A DNA stretch of 64,000 nucleotides from Lama glama (taxonomy: Eukaryota), in the NCBI GenBank assembly GCA_028534125.1, contig CM052839.1, positions 45,756,001 to 45,820,000 on the forward strand, written 5' to 3'. Made by a program: the position numbers and the translations under genes. This document shows positions 60,201 through 64,000 of this stretch, piece after piece. The notes below the pieces were generated by a model that did no database searches, was not told the origin of the DNA, and saw nothing but the letters and a program-made list of their open reading frames with translations. Numbering within the stretch: the first letter of the stretch is position 1; each line of letters begins with the position of its first letter.

Positions 60201-63200
60201 CCTGACAGTGGACAGCTGCAGGGCCCTGGGCAAGCTGTTGCAGAAGGGGTCACTGCTGACCGAGCTCATCCTGAGTGACTGCATGCTGAGCGAGGAAGGT
60301 GGGCACCGCAGGGCTGGCAGAGGCCAGGGCAGCCCTTCCAACTTCAGAGTTGAGGCTGGAGTCGAGCCCCGTGCTTCAGGGCAGCCTTTCTGGCTCTGCC
60401 TCGCTGCTTGCTTGCTGCACACGCCCGGTCCTTAGTGCTTGGCAGCCTCCAGCAAGGAATTCTCTGTCCTCCCACCCCAACCCTTCCCCGAGGTTTCTCC
60501 CCTTTACTGTAGTTACAGCAAGCAGCAGCAGCATCTGCCCGTGAAAACTGTGAGCAGAGGGCTGTTTCTCTGTAGGGTCCCTCCACTTAGAGTCCCAGCA
60601 CGGGTCAGCAGGCTGACTCTGCTCTTGGCAGATTTTTTTTTCCTGAAGTTTCATTTTACTTATTTTGATGGAGGTACTGGGGATTGAACCCAGGACCTCG
60701 TGCATGCTAGGCACACATTCTGCCACTGAGCTGTACCTACCCCCTCCGCAATGTGCCACAGTGAGTAAGGTGACCCATTTTTGCATGAACCCTGACTAAT
60801 GGGGGCCACCGGGACGTCCTTCCCTGACGTTGGGGGAGCTGCCCCCAGATGGAGCTACCAAGGGGGGGAGAGTGACTGCCCTGCTGTCTTCCAGGGGCCG
60901 CACTGCTGCTGCAGGGGCTGTGTGTCAACACCGTGGTGCGGTTTCTGGATCTAAAGGTGGGTGGATTTGTGCTCAGGGGCGTGCCACCTGAGAAGAGGGT
61001 AGAGGAGATACAGGTGTCCTGGCAGCCAGGGGTCCAGATGGCAGCAGAGACCCCTTCTGTAAGCACTTGGCACACAGGCCCTGCACCGTTTTCTCATGGT
61101 CTCTTGCTTGGGGGCCAGTGTCTGGAGGGTGGGAATGTGAGTTCCAGAGCGTCCACACCAGGAGCCCTCCTGTGGTCAGGGGAAGCAGAACCTGACAGGG
61201 GCCACATCTTCTGTCTAGAGCTCTCGTGGCCTTGCCCACTGCCTGACCATGGACGTCAGAGCCCAGCCCGGGGTGGTGGGGAGTGACTGGCTGGCCTCTT
61301 CCTTTCCTAGGGCAATAACCTTCGAGCCACAGGGACCGAGGCACTGGGAAAACTCCTCCGACAGAACAGGTCCATTCAGAGGTAGCGTGGGGGTCCCTGC
61401 CCTCGCTGCCCTCAACCACGGTTCTAGGTTGGCTCCAGAGAACGTGGTTCTGCAACATGAGAGAGCTCTCTCCTTCACTCCAGTCTTTTGTCTTTCCCAC
61501 TTATGGGTGGGGAGTAGGTGGGAGCAGGCGGCTCCAGCCTGAAAGTGCCAGAGACCCCCAAGCTAGCACCCCTCCTCACCCCCTCGGAGCCTGTGGGAGC
61601 AGGATGCCCTCCAGTGCCATGACCTCACACCCCTGCTTCCCGCAGCCTCACCCTGGAGTGGAACAGCCTGGGCACCTGGGAAGAAGCCTTCGCCACCTTC
61701 TGTGGGGCCCTGGCGGCCAACAGCGCCCTGCGGCAGCTGGACCTCCGCAATAACCAGATCAGCCACAAGGGCGCCGAGGAGCTGGCCCTGGCCCTGAAGA
61801 GCAACGCCAGCCTTCAGCAGCTGGGTGAGGCCACCCGGCACTGCCCTCCCAGGTCCTCAGGCCCAGCCAGGCCGTCTGGGTCTTGGGGTGGGGGTGGGGG
61901 TTGCATCTCCTGCTCCTCGATCTGTGGCTGATCACAGGCAGCCCCGGCCCCACAAAGGAAACGGCTTAGCTGGCCTGGCCCTCCCACCCCCGCCAGGTGC
62001 TCTCTGTCCGGTGACAACAGGTTTCCTTTCAGACCTGCGCTGGAATCACATCGGCCTCCTTGGTGGCCGCGCCCTGGTGAACTGTCTCCCCAGCAACAGA
62101 ACCCTGTGGAGGCTGGAGCTGGCTGGGAACAGCATCCCCGGGGATGTCCTCAGAGCTGTGGGTATGGGCGTGCGGGCTGCTGGCAGCTTCCAGCACTTGG
62201 AGCAGGTCATGAGCGTGAAGCTGATCCCCTCTGACAGAGGCCTAGCCACCCAGGGTGGGCGGCTCAGCCAGAGCGCGTGAGCGCATCAGGACTGTAGCCC
62301 GTTAAAACCAGAGCGAGCGCTGACTGCCCGGCGCTGCTCCCGTCCTGACGCCGACAACTCACTCCCATGGCTCCTTGTCCTGCCAGCAGCGCCGGCCACC
62401 TGAGGGCCCAAGCTTGGGCTGGAATCTAGTGTGGGGTCACCCTGCTGCTGGGTCTGCCCAACACGTGGCCTCGCCCACTTGGTCCTTGGCCCTGCCTCCA
62501 GCTGTTGTCATTGCTTCTGGTCCCATGGCTGCTTCTGGCTGGCTCCTGTCCTGGATCTCTCTAGAACCCAAAACCTGAGCTCAGCAGTAACCTCTTGAAA
62601 GTCAGGCAGTGTGTCTTTGATATTTGGGGCAGAGCCCAAGTGCCCACCTCTTGTGGAAGTGGAGCAGCCTCCTCCACCGCTTCCTGTGCATCCCCCTGCC
62701 ATGTGCCTCCCAAGCTCCTGGCCTCACCGTCACCCCCACCTCTGCTGAGCCCCTCATCTGCTAGTGCCCTGAGGGGTCTGTCTGACTTGTGGGGTGAGAC
62801 ACTGCCTTGCACGGGGCCTTCTGGGCATGGGGTTCGGCCGGCCGTCAGCCACTCCCAAGGCTCAGCACCCCTGGTAGATGACTTGGCTTTTTCCAACAGA
62901 GCAGGCCATGGACCACAACCAGGACCGGCAGACCGCCTTCCGGGAGAACCAGGCCCGCACCCACGTGCTCAGCAAGGAGGTGCAGCACCTGCGGGAAGAG
63001 AAATCCAAGCAGGTGAGAGTCGCACCATCTCTGACCGCAGACGCCTACCCGGCCGCAACCCCAGCCCTGCCCTGTGGATGAAGGGCCCCCCCTTGGCCCA
63101 GTGCCAGGGCCATCACACTCCTTTGGCCCTGGAACCTCTCCAAACAGCCCACCCAGGCCCAGGAGGCAGCCTCTTGTTTGGTGCCCTCTGGCTGGGTGGG

Positions 63201-63746
63201 TGGGTTCCCCTTCATGGGACCCATCCTCCGTTTGGATGGGGCTGAGCCGCTTGGTGTCCTGCTGCCTCAGTGCATGTTGGCCACCTTCCCGCCCGCATGG
63301 GCAGCGGGCAGGCTCTGGACCCCGACGGGGTTCTGTCCGGTTCTGTCCCCAGTTTCTGGACTTGATGGAGACAATTGACAGGCAGAGAGAAGAGATGGCC
63401 CGGAGCAGTAGGTGAGCATGGCCCCAGAACTAGGGGCAGAGGGGCGGGGCGGTGGAGGTGCCCGGGGTTCGAGTCCGGCTCTAGCCTCCGAGTGACCTCA
63501 CCTGTGGTCGTGGGGTGTATTCCCTGAGCCAGTGGGCTGGAGGGTCAGAGGCAGCACCGAGCACATTCTCAGCCCACTGTGTGAGCATGACGACCAGCGG
63601 CTGCTACAGGGCCAACCCCGGAGAGGCTCTGGGGCTTGGGCTTCGTGGACCTTCCTCTTGGCCCGCAGGGCATCAGCAGTGCGTGTAGGGCAGCTTCAGG
63701 AAGCCCTGGATGAGAGGCACTCCGTCATCAAAGCCCTCAAGGCCAA
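60079..63746 (+). CDS. LRRC45: Leucine-rich repeat-containing protein 45 (centrosome linker), first 8 coding exons; gene continues beyond window
   Basis: Exons (+): 60079-60298, 60895-60956, 61311-61381, 61646-61824, 62033-62161, 62900-63012, 63353-63411, 63669-63746; in frame, [24 protein letters not shown], LRRs ([40 protein letters not shown]) then coiled coil. Confidence 0.96.
60633..60744 (-). mobile_element. tRNA-derived SINE (camelid-type), LRRC45 intron 1
   Basis: GGAGGTACTGGGGATTGAACCCAGGACCTCGTGCATGCTAGGCACACATTCTGCCACTGAGCTGTACCTACCCC preceded by a T-rich tail. Confidence 0.88.
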
Positions 63747-64000
63747 GTAAGGAGGAACAGAGCACAGGACTGGGGTCGGGGGTGCTTTGGAACACTTTAG
63801 AGACCTGCCCACAGGGCAGAGGAGGACCGTCCAGGCAAGGACTCAAGACCCCAGTGTACAAAGTAGAAGTGGGAAGCGGCTGGGGTGCTGACTTGGGAAG
63901 GCTTTTTGGAGGAGCCGAGTGTTAGCTGGGTAGAGACCTGGCACGAGTTAGAACAGCAAGGCCTTAGCAAGGCTGGAGGCGGGGCCGGGGCGGAGCTCAC

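Overview
GC-rich mammalian genomic DNA, probably camelid judging by the tRNA-derived SINE type, syntenic with human 17q25.3. Gene order: MYADML2 (-, intronless CDS, 307 aa), NOTUM (-, 11 coding exons, 500 aa), ASPSCR1/TUG (+, 16 coding exons, 549 aa), CENPX/STRA13 (-, 5 coding exons, 79 aa) and the first 8 coding exons of LRRC45 (+, running off the window end). All exons were read by hand, have GT-AG boundaries and splice in frame. There are three CpG-island promoters (the NOTUM one interrupted by a 230-nt N gap), SINE/L1/MIR/MER2/MLT1 relics and a (GT)n microsatellite. I found no new protein-coding system; the hundreds of other ORFs look like GC-content artefacts. The best leads are regulatory or evolutionary: a dense TCF/LEF site cluster in ASPSCR1 intron 7 (candidate long-range Wnt-feedback enhancer for NOTUM), a Gly-to-Ala change next to the NOTUM catalytic serine, a MEF2/TATA element plus overlapping uORF at MYADML2, a CLEAR-like E-box at the ASPSCR1 start, a candidate intronic poly(A) isoform of ASPSCR1 and a probable gene-conversion tract between two old L1 copies. 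All comparisons with human proteins and repeat consensuses are from memory, not database searches.
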